Assembly: GCA_963712115.1 (NCBI GenBank)
Contig: CAVQGX010000024.1
Span: 1 to 26,572 of the forward strand
Direction: 5' to 3'
Source: an uncultured delta proteobacterium
Lineage (GTDB): Bacteria; Desulfobacterota; Syntrophobacteria; BM002
DNA length: 26,572 bases
The notes under the pieces: generated by a model
What the model was told of the DNA's origin: nothing
Databases searched by the model: none
Seen by the model: only the letters and a program-made list of their open reading frames with translations
Shown here: in pieces, positions 8,703 through 17,346 of the stretch
Position numbering within the stretch: position 1 is the stretch's first letter
Layout: each line of letters begins with the position of its first letter
Made by a program: the position numbers and the translations under genes

Positions 8703-11700
8703 CTAGCCAACTAAGTCGTCCAGGATTCCCTCGATCTCGGCGAAGATCTGCCTGCCGGTAAAATGGTTTATCCGTGCCGCCCCGCTGGGGCAGTGGCCGG
8801 CGCAACTCCCACAGCCCTTACATACTGCCTCGTTGATCACCGAAACGTTTCTGCGAGGATCGAACTCGATGGCCGAATAGGGACAGAGATCGATGCAGGC
8901 CTGACAACCGGCACACAAATCAGGATCAATCCAGGAGATGATGGAAGGAATTTCTACCTTCCCCCTGGTAGCCAGAGCCAGCGCTTGACCCGCAGCCCCA
9001 GCCGCATGGGAAACGGCGTCCGGAATGTCTTTGGGCCCCTGACAGGTCCCTGCAAGGAAAACCCCGTCAGTGGCGGTGGTGACCGGACCCAATTTGGGGT
9101 GCTCTTCCAGGAAGAACCCATCTCCTCCCTGGTTGATTCCAAACACCCGAGCCACCTCGGCCGCATCTTTGGTGGGCTCCATGGCCGTACAAAGAACTAC
9201 CATGTCCACTGGCACTCGTAGCTTTTTACCTATCAAGGTGTCTTCACTGACGATTATAAGTTTGCCCTTCTCCTCAGATCCTATGGCCTGGTCGGTGATC
9301 TCGGCAGGTTTTCCTCTTATGAAGGTAATCCCCTCTTCTTGCAGCCTACGGTAAAATTCCTCGTAACCTTTGCCGAAACAGCGCATGTCGATGTAGAAAT
9401 TGTAGACTTGCGTGTCATGCCCAGCCTTTTCCTTGATGAGATGGCCGTATTTGAGGGCATACATGCAGCAGACCCGCGAGCAGTATTCGTGGTAATTCAC
9501 ATCACGACTTCCCACGCAGTGGATGATGCCAACGCTGGCCGGCGACTTGCCATTCTTCATTACTATTTTGCCACCCGTGGGTCCCACAGCATTGTTCAGC
9601 CGCTCAAACTCCAGGCCGGTGTAGACCTCTGCGAACCGTCCATAACCGTACTGCTTGATTGGAGTGGGGTCTAGAGTCTGGAAGCCGGTAGCCATAATTA
9701 TGCTGCCCACCTTGACCTCAACTTCCTCCTCCACCATATTATGCTCGACAGCATTTCTCTCACAGGCTCGGACACATTCCATACACTCGCAACAGATACC
9801 GCAATTGATGCAGCGATTCGCCTCTCTTCTTGCCTCTTCTTCCTCGAACCCCAGGGCCACCTCGTCAAAATGAGATCTGCTCTCCTGGGGATCTCTGTGG
9901 GGCAGGTTGGCTCTTGCCTCCACCAGAAAATCTTCAGGGACTTCCCTCCATTCCTGCCCCGGTGGTTCCCTGGCTTCGACCTCCTCGGCATAAAGGGCTA
10001 GATCCTCCCCATTGATGTAGCGATGGATGGCTTCCACTGCTTTATGGCCAGAGGCCACAGCCTCAATAACCGTTGCCGGTCCACTCACAGAATCACCAGC
10101 ACTAAACACACCAGGGATGGCCGTCTGCATGGTGTGGGGATCTACCACCAAGGTGTTGCGCCTGGTGATCTCGAGGTCGCCCTCATTCACTGCCCAGTCC
10201 ACATCAGGCTGCTGGCCTATTGCTGGGATGACCGCATCGCACTCAATGACGAATTCAGAGCCCTCTACCGGGACCGGCCTCCGTCTACCGCTTTCATCTG
10301 GAGGTCCCAGTTCAGTGCGAATACACTCAAAGCCGCTTACCTTGCCGTTGGTGCCCACAATGCCGAGAGGAGCGGTAAGGTAATGGATCTCAACCCCTTC
10401 GGACAAGGCCCCCTCGATCTCTTCCGGATATGCCGGCATCTCTTCTCGGCTTCGTCGATAGACGATGCTCACTTGCTCACACCCCAAGCGTACTGCTGCC
10501 CGAGCAGCATCAATAGCAACATTACCACCACCGATAACTACTATCCTTTTGCCCGGCCTTGCACGGTCGCCCAGGTTGACTTCCCTGAGAAAATCAACCG
10601 CATCAATTACACCCTCGAAATCCTCCTCACCACTAATGCCCATTTTCAAGCTCCGGTGGGCGCCAATACCGAGGAAAACAGCCTTGTAACCTTCCGTCCT
10701 CAAATCTTCCAAAGTGAAATCAAATCCAAGTCTTTTGCCGGTCTGCGTTTCAATTCCCAGCCGCAATATGTTATTGATTTCCCGGTCTAGGATTTCTGGA
10801 GGAAGCCGGTAATCCGGTATACCCACGCGAAGCATGCCACCCAGCACTGGCAGGGCCTCAAAGATGGTAATCTGGTATCCCTTCAGTCGGAGATAGTAGG
10901 CCACTGCGAGCCCGGCTGGCCCGGATCCTACCACCGCAACCTTTTCAGGCCGCTCCTCGATCTCGGGCTTTGGTAGCTCTTCCAGATCCACCTGATCAGC
11001 TGCAAATCGTTTTAGATCCCTGATGGCCACCGCTTCATCCACTTCTGCCCGGCGACATTGAAATTCACATGGGTGGGGACATACTCGCCCCAACACCCCT
11101 GGCAAGGGTAGCCGTTCCATGATCAGCTGAATAGCTTCCTTGTATTTTCCTTGGCCAATAAGCTGGACATAACCCTGAACATTAATCGCTGCCGGGCAGG
11201 TAATGGTGCAAGGCGCCCGATCCTTTTTCTCAATGCAATAAGTAATGGGCACTGCCTGAGGGAAAAAGCGGAAAATAGCCTTGCGTTCACTTAGATGCTC
11301 ATCGAACTCACTGGGCACCGAAACCGGACACACTTCAGTGCATTGGCCGCAGCCCGTACATTGGTCCTCTCGGACATAGCGAGCTTTCCGCTTGATCTTG
11401 ACAGTGTAGTTGCCCACATAGCCATTCACCTCCGCCACTTCGCTGTAGGAAAAGAGGTGGATGTTGGGCTCCTGGGCCACAGCTACCGTTTTGGGCGTAG
11501 AAATACAGGCGGCGCAGTCCAGCGTGGGAAAGGTCTTGTCAAACTTCATCATGTGACCACCAATGGAGGGATTCCTCTCCACCAGGTAGACTTGGTGGCC
11601 TGATTTGGCGATGTCCAGCGCTGACTGGATTCCGGCAATGCCTGCACCAACCACCATTACATCAGGGTGGACACCCACCTCCCGGGTGGCCAGTCTCTGA

Positions 11701-12089
11701 TGTTGACTCACTCGGCTCACCGCCGCCGCCACTAGAGTTTTCGCCTTGCTGGTGGCCTCAGCCTTATCTTCGATTACCCAAGAACAGTGTTCACGAATAC
11801 AAGCCATCTGAAAAAGATAAGGGTTTATATCTGCTCGCTGGCAGGCTCCCTGGAAGGTCTTTTCATGGAGTCTGGGAGAGCAAGAGGCCACCACCACGCG
11901 GTTCAGACCCTGTTCATGAATGTCCTTTTGGATCATCTCTTGGCCAGGATCTGAACACATGAACTTGTAGTCCCGGGCAACCACAACATCTCTCAACCCC
12001 TTGGCAAACTCCGCCACCTCCTCGGGGTCAACCTTGCCAGCAATGTTGGTTCCACAATGACAAATGAACACGCCAATTTTCGCTGTCAT
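8703..12089 (-). CDS. hdrA: HdrA with inserted GltD/NfnB-like FAD/NAD(P)H module (HdrL-type)
   Basis: HdrA N-terminus GVFICHCGTNIA, CSPRLHE, REHCSWV, GAGIAG, DKTFPTLDC, CVGSR...YCSRVCCMYALK. The insert has CTITCP...CPHPCEFQC, GSGPAG, GGGNVAIDAAR and VYRRS. Confidence 0.93.
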   Translation of the reverse strand: MTAKIGVFICHCGTNIAGKVDPEEVAEFAKGLRDVVVARDYKFMCSDPGQEMIQKDIHEQGLNRVVVASCSPRLHEKTFQGACQRADINPYLFQMACIREHCSWVIEDKAEATSKAKTLVAAAVSRVSQHQRLATREVGVHPDVMVVGAGIAGIQSALDIAKSGHQVYLVERNPSIGGHMMKFDKTFPTLDCAACISTPKTVAVAQEPNIHLFSYSEVAEVNGYVGNYTVKIKRKARYVREDQCTGCGQCTEVCPVSVPSEFDEHLSERKAIFRFFPQAVPITYCIEKKDRAPCTITCPAAINVQGYVQLIGQGKYKEAIQLIMERLPLPGVLGRVCPHPCEFQCRRAEVDEAVAIRDLKRFAADQVDLEELPKPEIEERPEKVAVVGSGPAGLAVAYYLRLKGYQITIFEALPVLGGMLRVGIPDYRLPPEILDREINNILRLGIETQTGKRLGFDFTLEDLRTEGYKAVFLGIGAHRSLKMGISGEEDFEGVIDAVDFLREVNLGDRARPGKRIVVIGGGNVAIDAARAAVRLGCEQVSIVYRRSREEMPAYPEEIEGALSEGVEIHYLTAPLGIVGTNGKVSGFECIRTELGPPDESGRRRPVPVEGSEFVIECDAVIPAIGQQPDVDWAVNEGDLEITRRNTLVVDPHTMQTAIPGVFSAGDSVSGPATVIEAVASGHKAVEAIHRYINGEDLALYAEEVEAREPPGQEWREVPEDFLVEARANLPHRDPQESRSHFDEVALGFEEEEARREANRCINCGICCECMECVRACERNAVEHNMVEEEVEVKVGSIIMATGFQTLDPTPIKQYGYGRFAEVYTGLEFERLNNAVGPTGGKIVMKNGKSPASVGIIHCVGSRDVNYHEYCSRVCCMYALKYGHLIKEKAGHDTQVYNFYIDMRCFGKGYEEFYRRLQEEGITFIRGKPAEITDQAIGSEEKGKLIIVSEDTLIGKKLRVPVDMVVLCTAMEPTKDAAEVARVFGINQGGDGFFLEEHPKLGPVTTATDGVFLAGTCQGPKDIPDAVSHAAGAAGQALALATRGKVEIPSIISWIDPDLCAGCQACIDLCPYSAIEFDPRRNVSVINEAVCKGCGSCAGHCPSGAARINHFTGRQIFAEIEGILDDLVG

Positions 12090-12131
12090 GGTCTAACCTC
12101 ACTTGAAACAAGTTGATTCGACTAATCGCTC

Positions 12132-12530
12132 CTAACAGCCGACACACTTTTCAAGAATCTGGAGGAGCTCCTCGGTCTCTGGAGGCTTCTCTATATATGC
12201 GGTCGGCTCTGGAACCTTTTGTCCCCTATAGGTATTCAGTACTTGTTGGGAATGGAAAAAGGTCTTTTTGGCTATGGCCGACAGCATAATCACCGGAATA
12301 TCCTTGAGCTCCTCGTCAGTTTTTAGTTCTCGATACATTTGAATCCCGCCCTCTCGGGGCATCATCACATCTAGGATGATTGCCGCCGGCTTTTTCTCCC
12401 TGGCTTTCAGAATGCCCTCTTCTCCGTTGACGGCGATAATCGGTTTATAGCCACTGGTCTCCAGCAGAGTGGTGATGAAGGTGCGCATGTCCAGCTCATC
12501 ATCCACCACCAAGATCCTCTTTTTCTTCAT
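12132..12530 (-). CDS. Single-domain response regulator
   Basis: ILVVDDE, IILDVMMP, IMLSA, YIEKP; no output domain. Confidence 0.92.
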   Translation of the reverse strand: MKKKRILVVDDELDMRTFITTLLETSGYKPIIAVNGEEGILKAREKKPAAIILDVMMPREGGIQMYRELKTDEELKDIPVIMLSAIAKKTFFHSQQVLNTYRGQKVPEPTAYIEKPPETEELLQILEKCVGC

Positions 12531-12644
12531 GATATTCTCCTTCTAACTGGAATCATTTCTTTCTTATTTAATAGCTTGGCCTTGTGACCGTACTCTGCTA
12601 ATCAGCATCACCTGCCAACCTGACCAAGACTGTTCTCTGCCGAC

Positions 12645-13127
12645 TCATCCGGGGAGCTTGAAGGCATGCTCTGGGTTGCGGATGGCCATTACGTGGCAGT
12701 GCGCCCGCCTTGCTACATTCTCAACCGTGCTGCCAAAGGTCTGCTTATCCAACTCAGAGCTGCCGGAAGCACCCATAACAATGAAATCCACCTTGTGCTC
12801 TCTGGCGTAACGAACAATCTCCACAAAGGGAACCCCGACTCGAACTGCGAAGACAGCCTGATTGCACTTTTCCAGCCTGCTTCCATATTTGGACTTAAGG
12901 TCTTCCGCTGCTTGATTCATAAGCTCATCGTCTGCTACCTGTTCCTCCTTATTCGGGTCGACATACTCGTCCACCACGTGCCGCATGTACTTGTATCCCG
13001 AGTGCAGCACATGAAGCAGATGAAGCTTAGCGTTATATCGCTGGCAGAAGTCTACGGCATGATGGAATGCCATCTCCGCCTCCTCAGAAAAATCACTGCA
13101 ATACAGAATGTTCTTATAATCAATCAT
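12645..13127 (-). CDS. Universal stress protein (UspA family)
   Basis: KNILYCSDFSE; IVMGASG...FGSTVENVARRAHCHV nucleotide-binding-type motif. Confidence 0.92.
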   Translation of the reverse strand: MIDYKNILYCSDFSEEAEMAFHHAVDFCQRYNAKLHLLHVLHSGYKYMRHVVDEYVDPNKEEQVADDELMNQAAEDLKSKYGSRLEKCNQAVFAVRVGVPFVEIVRYAREHKVDFIVMGASGSSELDKQTFGSTVENVARRAHCHVMAIRNPEHAFKLPG

Positions 13128-14752
13128 GACTTCCTCCTGTCTGCTTGGGCCACGACCGAGTGCGATTCTTGCTTCTCATTTTCCCCTCCCTCATATTCAT
13201 AAAGGTCTTCCTTATCCTTGCTGGGTCCCGAGGGCAGCAATAGACGAAATAGTGAGCCCCTGCCAGGCTCAGATTCAACCTCTATGCGCCCTTGATGTTC
13301 ACGGGTAATTTTCTGGACGTTCATCAAGCCCAAACCGGTTCCATCGGCTCCCTTGGTGCTGAAGAAATTGGTGAAGATCTTTTCCTTATTGTTCTCCTCA
13401 ATTCCGCAACCGTTATCTTCCACCTCGAAACAGACTGCCCAGTCCGGGTGGCGGCGAGTGCGCACCCTAACCTGCCCCTGTTCATGGCCGCAGATTTCTG
13501 GCCAGCAGGCGTCAATGGCATTATTGATCAGGTTGACCAAACATTGATGAATACCGCTCACATCCATTGCTACCGGTTCCAACCCCTCTGTGGCTTCCAA
13601 GGTCAGATTAACCTTGAACTCCTCTGCCCGCGTTTTCAAGAGCTCCACAACCTCTGCAGCCACCTTATTGGCTTCTGCCAAGCGGTATTCAGGTTTCCGT
13701 TCCTTGGCGTAGGTGAGCAGGTCCATGGCCAGGCTGGAGATCTTGCCAACATTGCGCTGGACCATGTCCCAGCCATTCTGGAGATAGTCCTGGTTTGATA
13801 GCTCGAAGCCCTTATTGACCACAAACATCCCGCCTTTCAGACCACCCACTATATTTTTTATGGCATGGGCAATAGTCGTCGAGGTCTGGCCGATGGCAGC
13901 CAGCCGCTCTGATTGCACCAGCCGCTTTTCCAAACGACGAATTTCGCGCAAGTCTTGAAAGAAGGTGACACAGCCCACCTTTTGGCCTTCTTGTCGTAGG
14001 ATTGTGTGAGTTAACCGAATTGGAATTCTTTTTCCTTCCCGAGACCGGATGGTTGTATCCAGATGACTACTACCCTCCTCACTTGTGGGGTCTCCCTCTT
14101 CTCTCTCCCGGCTGAGCCAACGATCAACTATCTCCTTGTCATAGAGGTCTTCTAAGGTGAGCCGACCCACCACCTCATCCTCCCCATACCCAGTCAGCCG
14201 CTGGGCGCTGTCGTTGAAAATAACAACCTTTCTCTCTTCATCTCCAGCCACAATGCCATCCAAGGAATTGTCGATGAGGTTGGCTTGAAAGTCGCTGATT
14301 CGCTGGATTTCAGCAGTAGCCTCCTGGACCTTTAGTTCTAGGTTCTCCGTGTAATCACGAAGCTGCCTCTTCAGAGAGATTTTTTCCTCGGCCCGTTTTA
14401 GAGAAATGAACAGGGCCTCGTCATGGATCGGCTTGGTAATAAAATCAGACGCCTCCAACTGTAGGGCGCTGATGGCCAGTTCCATCTCGCCGTGGCCGGT
14501 GATGATTATCACTTCGGAATCGGTCTTCATTTCCTTTATGCGCCGAAGCACTCCAATACCGTCCATCCCCGGCATCTTGATATCAGTAAGAACAAGCGGT
14601 GGTTGCTCCCGTTCGAAAATTTCCAACCCCTGCTCGCCGCTCTCGGCAGTCCAAACCACATAGCCGGCATCCTTAAGGGCAATCGACATGACCTTTCTGA
14701 TGCCCTCTTCGTCGTCGATAAGGAGGACGCGCTTTAAATTGGCTTCAGCCAC
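13124..14752 (-). CDS. Hybrid cytoplasmic histidine kinase (REC-PAS-HisKA-HATPase)
   Basis: REC LLIDDE...LTDIKMP...ITGH...TKP; H-box AHAIKN; N-box NLINNAIDA; DNGCG, FFSTK, GTGLGL. Start reassigned to GTG 14752 behind GGAGG, overlapping the upstream stop. Confidence 0.9.
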   Translation of the reverse strand: MAEANLKRVLLIDDEEGIRKVMSIALKDAGYVVWTAESGEQGLEIFEREQPPLVLTDIKMPGMDGIGVLRRIKEMKTDSEVIIITGHGEMELAISALQLEASDFITKPIHDEALFISLKRAEEKISLKRQLRDYTENLELKVQEATAEIQRISDFQANLIDNSLDGIVAGDEERKVVIFNDSAQRLTGYGEDEVVGRLTLEDLYDKEIVDRWLSREREEGDPTSEEGSSHLDTTIRSREGKRIPIRLTHTILRQEGQKVGCVTFFQDLREIRRLEKRLVQSERLAAIGQTSTTIAHAIKNIVGGLKGGMFVVNKGFELSNQDYLQNGWDMVQRNVGKISSLAMDLLTYAKERKPEYRLAEANKVAAEVVELLKTRAEEFKVNLTLEATEGLEPVAMDVSGIHQCLVNLINNAIDACWPEICGHEQGQVRVRTRRHPDWAVCFEVEDNGCGIEENNKEKIFTNFFSTKGADGTGLGLMNVQKITREHQGRIEVESEPGRGSLFRLLLPSGPSKDKEDLYEYEGGENEKQESHSVVAQADRRKS

Positions 14753-17078
14753 CGACCACCTCCATCGGCTCCCGGGTTTCCTTTGCCGCCGCTGGAAAAC
14801 TGATGATAAATGTGGTCCCTCGACCCTCAACACTTTGCACTTCTATGATGCCGTCATAGTCCCGTACTATGCCAAAGCTTATTGAGAGGCCTAGCCCGGT
14901 TCCCTTCCCCACCGGTTTGGTGGTAAAGAAAGGTTCAAATATCTTCTCCTTCACTGCTTCGCTCATGCCAGGTCCGGTATCGGTTACGTTCACCACCACC
15001 TGGTCGCCTGCAGTTTTTGAGGAGATCCTCAGTACTTTTTCAACATCCTGTCCTGCTCGCTCCTCCTTCTCATCCATAGCGTCACGGGCGTTCATGATGA
15101 GGTTGAGAAACACTTGCTCCAACCGGTTCCGATCACCTTTGATGGATGGCAACTCTTTGTCCAAGTCCAACTCTACCTTGATGCCATGCAACTCCAACTG
15201 CCGGCCCAGAACCGTGAAAGTCCCGGAAATACAATCATTGAGTTGCACATTTACTTTGCGAATATCTGTTTTCCGGCCAAATTGGCGCAGGTGATTTATG
15301 ATGAGGGAGGCACGGTCCACCTGACTGTCCATTTCGTCTGCTAACTCCCGAAGAATATTAGGAGACACTGGCTCGTTTCGATCTATCTTCTTGGTGAGAA
15401 AACTGGCGGAGGTCTTTATCACTGAAAGGGGCTGATTTAACTCATGAGCAACACCGGCCGACATCTCGCCCAAGGTGGCCATTTTGCTTGCCTGAATTAG
15501 TTGCTCTTCGGTCTTAACCCGCTCGGTCACATCAGAGGTGGTAACAATCACGGTATCCTGGCCAATGTCTTTAAGGCTGGAGTAACGTATGTTCACCATT
15601 ATAGATTCAGCTTTTTTAGTGTGCTGTCTCACCTTGTAGACTGCCCCTTCTCTCTCCCACGGAACTTTCCCGAGGCGATCCCATTCTTGGGGTTCAGCTA
15701 GCTCCAGAAAGCTCTTCCCGAGGATTTCGTTTCTTTCGAAACCATAGGAATTTAGGGCTCGTTCGTTTGCGTCCTTAATCTCCAAAGTTTCCGGGTTTAG
15801 AACAAAAATGGGGTTGGGATCACTGTTAAACAGGGTCCGGTACTTTTCTTCAGATCTCTTCAGCTCCTGTTCCAGCAGACGCACCTGGGTGATATCGGTT
15901 GCCATCTCCATGGCAGCCACTACACTACCCTCCTCGTCAAAAATGGGGGAGGTAAAAGCAAGAACATAGGCGAGGGTGCCATCTTTGCGTAGCACAACCT
16001 CCTCGCTGTAATGGGGCTGGCCATCCTGGAAGGTCCTTTCAACTGGGCAGACGGGGCATTTCTCTTCCCTGCCCTTGTAAGCCCGGTAACAGTATTCCCC
16101 TTGGCAGTCGCCAAAGCGCTCCTCGAAGACTCTGTTTACCTGGGTGATGCGAAAGTCCCGGTTCTGGACGCTGATCTGACAGGGAACCTCTGTAAAGAGG
16201 GTCTGGTATTCCTCCTTGCTTTTCTGGTAGGCGTAGGCCTGGTCTCTGATGTTTTTCCGCATCTCGTCGAAGGAATGGGAGAGATCGCCGATCTCATCTT
16301 GAGTAATGGCCTTCACCTCCTGCTCGTAGTCACCTCTGGCGAGTTGCTTGGTAGCTGAAACCAGACGGCGAATGGGTCGGTTAACGAAATAGACGATGCA
16401 GCCGGCCACAATAGCGGTGACCCCCAGAAAGATGAGGCTGGCAAAAAAGATGATCTTTTGCTTGGTGGCAAGGATTTCTTGATCCAGAGGTTCCAAAGAA
16501 AGACCAATATCCAGAACGCCAAGGACTGTCTTTTCCTTTGGGTGGTAGTGACATGTTGCCTGCCAGCAACTGGTCTCATTATATATGGGATTGATCATCC
16601 CCAGGACTCGATTTCCTGCCGAGCTTCGATAGATTCGGGTGCGGTCGCTCATGCTCAGCCGTTCCAGGGGCTGGTCCCGCCGGTGGCAAACATAACACGC
16701 CTCTGCCTGTAGATCTACATTAGTACCGATATCCTCTTTTGTATTGGCAAACATGATCTCGCCGGTCTTGTTGAATACCCGGATCTTCTCCACCCCCGGC
16801 TGGGCGCCGATGGCCTCAATAATCTTGTGCAAACTCTCCCGCTGGTTCTTGAGCATGCTGTAGTGGGTGCCGCGCTTCACCGTGTCGCTAAACTGGCTGA
16901 CACTCATGACCATTCGCTCAAACGCCTGTTTTTCCTGGAGCGATACCAGATAAAAAGTGAGGGCAAGCACCGCAACCAGGAAAATCAGACCCACCGCCAG
17001 ACCTAATTTAAAACTGAGGCTTCGTCTCAACCTTCTAAGAAGGTGTAGACCTGAGTTCTCTTTGGCTGACTCACTCAT
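14745..17078 (-). CDS. Membrane sensor histidine kinase (2 TM, extracytoplasmic CxxCH domain, HAMP, 2 PAS, HisKA, HATPase)
   Basis: Two hydrophobic segments flank CYVCH and CWQATCH; HAMP PIRRLV...DEIGDL; H-box AHELNQPL; NLIMNARDA, DTGPG, FEPFFTTK, GTGLGL. ATG 17078 behind GGAG is preferred. Confidence 0.92.
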   Translation of the reverse strand: MSESAKENSGLHLLRRLRRSLSFKLGLAVGLIFLVAVLALTFYLVSLQEKQAFERMVMSVSQFSDTVKRGTHYSMLKNQRESLHKIIEAIGAQPGVEKIRVFNKTGEIMFANTKEDIGTNVDLQAEACYVCHRRDQPLERLSMSDRTRIYRSSAGNRVLGMINPIYNETSCWQATCHYHPKEKTVLGVLDIGLSLEPLDQEILATKQKIIFFASLIFLGVTAIVAGCIVYFVNRPIRRLVSATKQLARGDYEQEVKAITQDEIGDLSHSFDEMRKNIRDQAYAYQKSKEEYQTLFTEVPCQISVQNRDFRITQVNRVFEERFGDCQGEYCYRAYKGREEKCPVCPVERTFQDGQPHYSEEVVLRKDGTLAYVLAFTSPIFDEEGSVVAAMEMATDITQVRLLEQELKRSEEKYRTLFNSDPNPIFVLNPETLEIKDANERALNSYGFERNEILGKSFLELAEPQEWDRLGKVPWEREGAVYKVRQHTKKAESIMVNIRYSSLKDIGQDTVIVTTSDVTERVKTEEQLIQASKMATLGEMSAGVAHELNQPLSVIKTSASFLTKKIDRNEPVSPNILRELADEMDSQVDRASLIINHLRQFGRKTDIRKVNVQLNDCISGTFTVLGRQLELHGIKVELDLDKELPSIKGDRNRLEQVFLNLIMNARDAMDEKEERAGQDVEKVLRISSKTAGDQVVVNVTDTGPGMSEAVKEKIFEPFFTTKPVGKGTGLGLSISFGIVRDYDGIIEVQSVEGRGTTFIISFPAAAKETREPMEVVGG

Positions 17079-17114
17079 CCGAAACACTCCAATGGGTTTG
17101 TGTCTAGATCATTA

Positions 17115-17130
17115 TGCTAGGGTCATGCCA
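17115..17130 (-). promoter_or_regulatory. sigma54 (-24/-12) promoter of the kinase-hdr operon
   Basis: Minus strand TGGCATGACCCTAGCA = GG-N10-GC, 37 bp upstream of the kinase ATG and next to a sigma54 activator gene. Confidence 0.75.
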
Positions 17131-17161
17131 CCGTAGATTAAAAAGGTAAAAATTCATTTAA

Positions 17162-17174
17162 TTTCAATTGTTTA
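17162..17174 (+). promoter_or_regulatory. Putative IHF site
   Basis: TTTCAATTGTTTA is one mismatch from WATCAANNNNTTR, in an AT-rich stretch between promoter and putative enhancer. Confidence 0.45.
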
Positions 17175-17215
17175 CTGTAAATAATGTTGAGAAAAATGGC
17201 AGGGTGGGTGGCGCG

Positions 17216-17337
17216 TTGTTGCTTCAGTTGTGCAACAATATTTGGAGGGTTTTCCTATAAATATTCGTAATATATTGGTTTTTTACATGGATGGCCAATC
17301 TGCAACATGTTGCAACGTTAGTTGCAAAATATGCAAC
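17216..17337. promoter_or_regulatory. Putative upstream activator sequences (GTTGC...GCAAC palindromes)
   Basis: TTGTTGC-N9-GCAACAA (17216-17238), TGCAACATGTTGCA (17301-17314), GTTGC-N7-GCAAC (17321-17337). Confidence 0.6.
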
Positions 17338-17346
17338 CTAGGGAAA

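Noticed and set aside
10023-10790. 255-aa plus-strand ORF and other long antisense ORFs (12666..13202, 13292..13798, 18092..18538)
   Set aside because: They lie opposite well-supported genes and show no recognisable motifs.
3348-12089. Selenocysteine recoding in hdrA/mvhD, as found in some relatives
   Set aside because: All these ORFs are continuous with Cys at the expected positions; no in-frame TGA.
14753-14833. Longer start of the hybrid kinase
   Set aside because: Overlaps the HATPase end of the upstream kinase; GTG 14752 has a GGAGG RBS.
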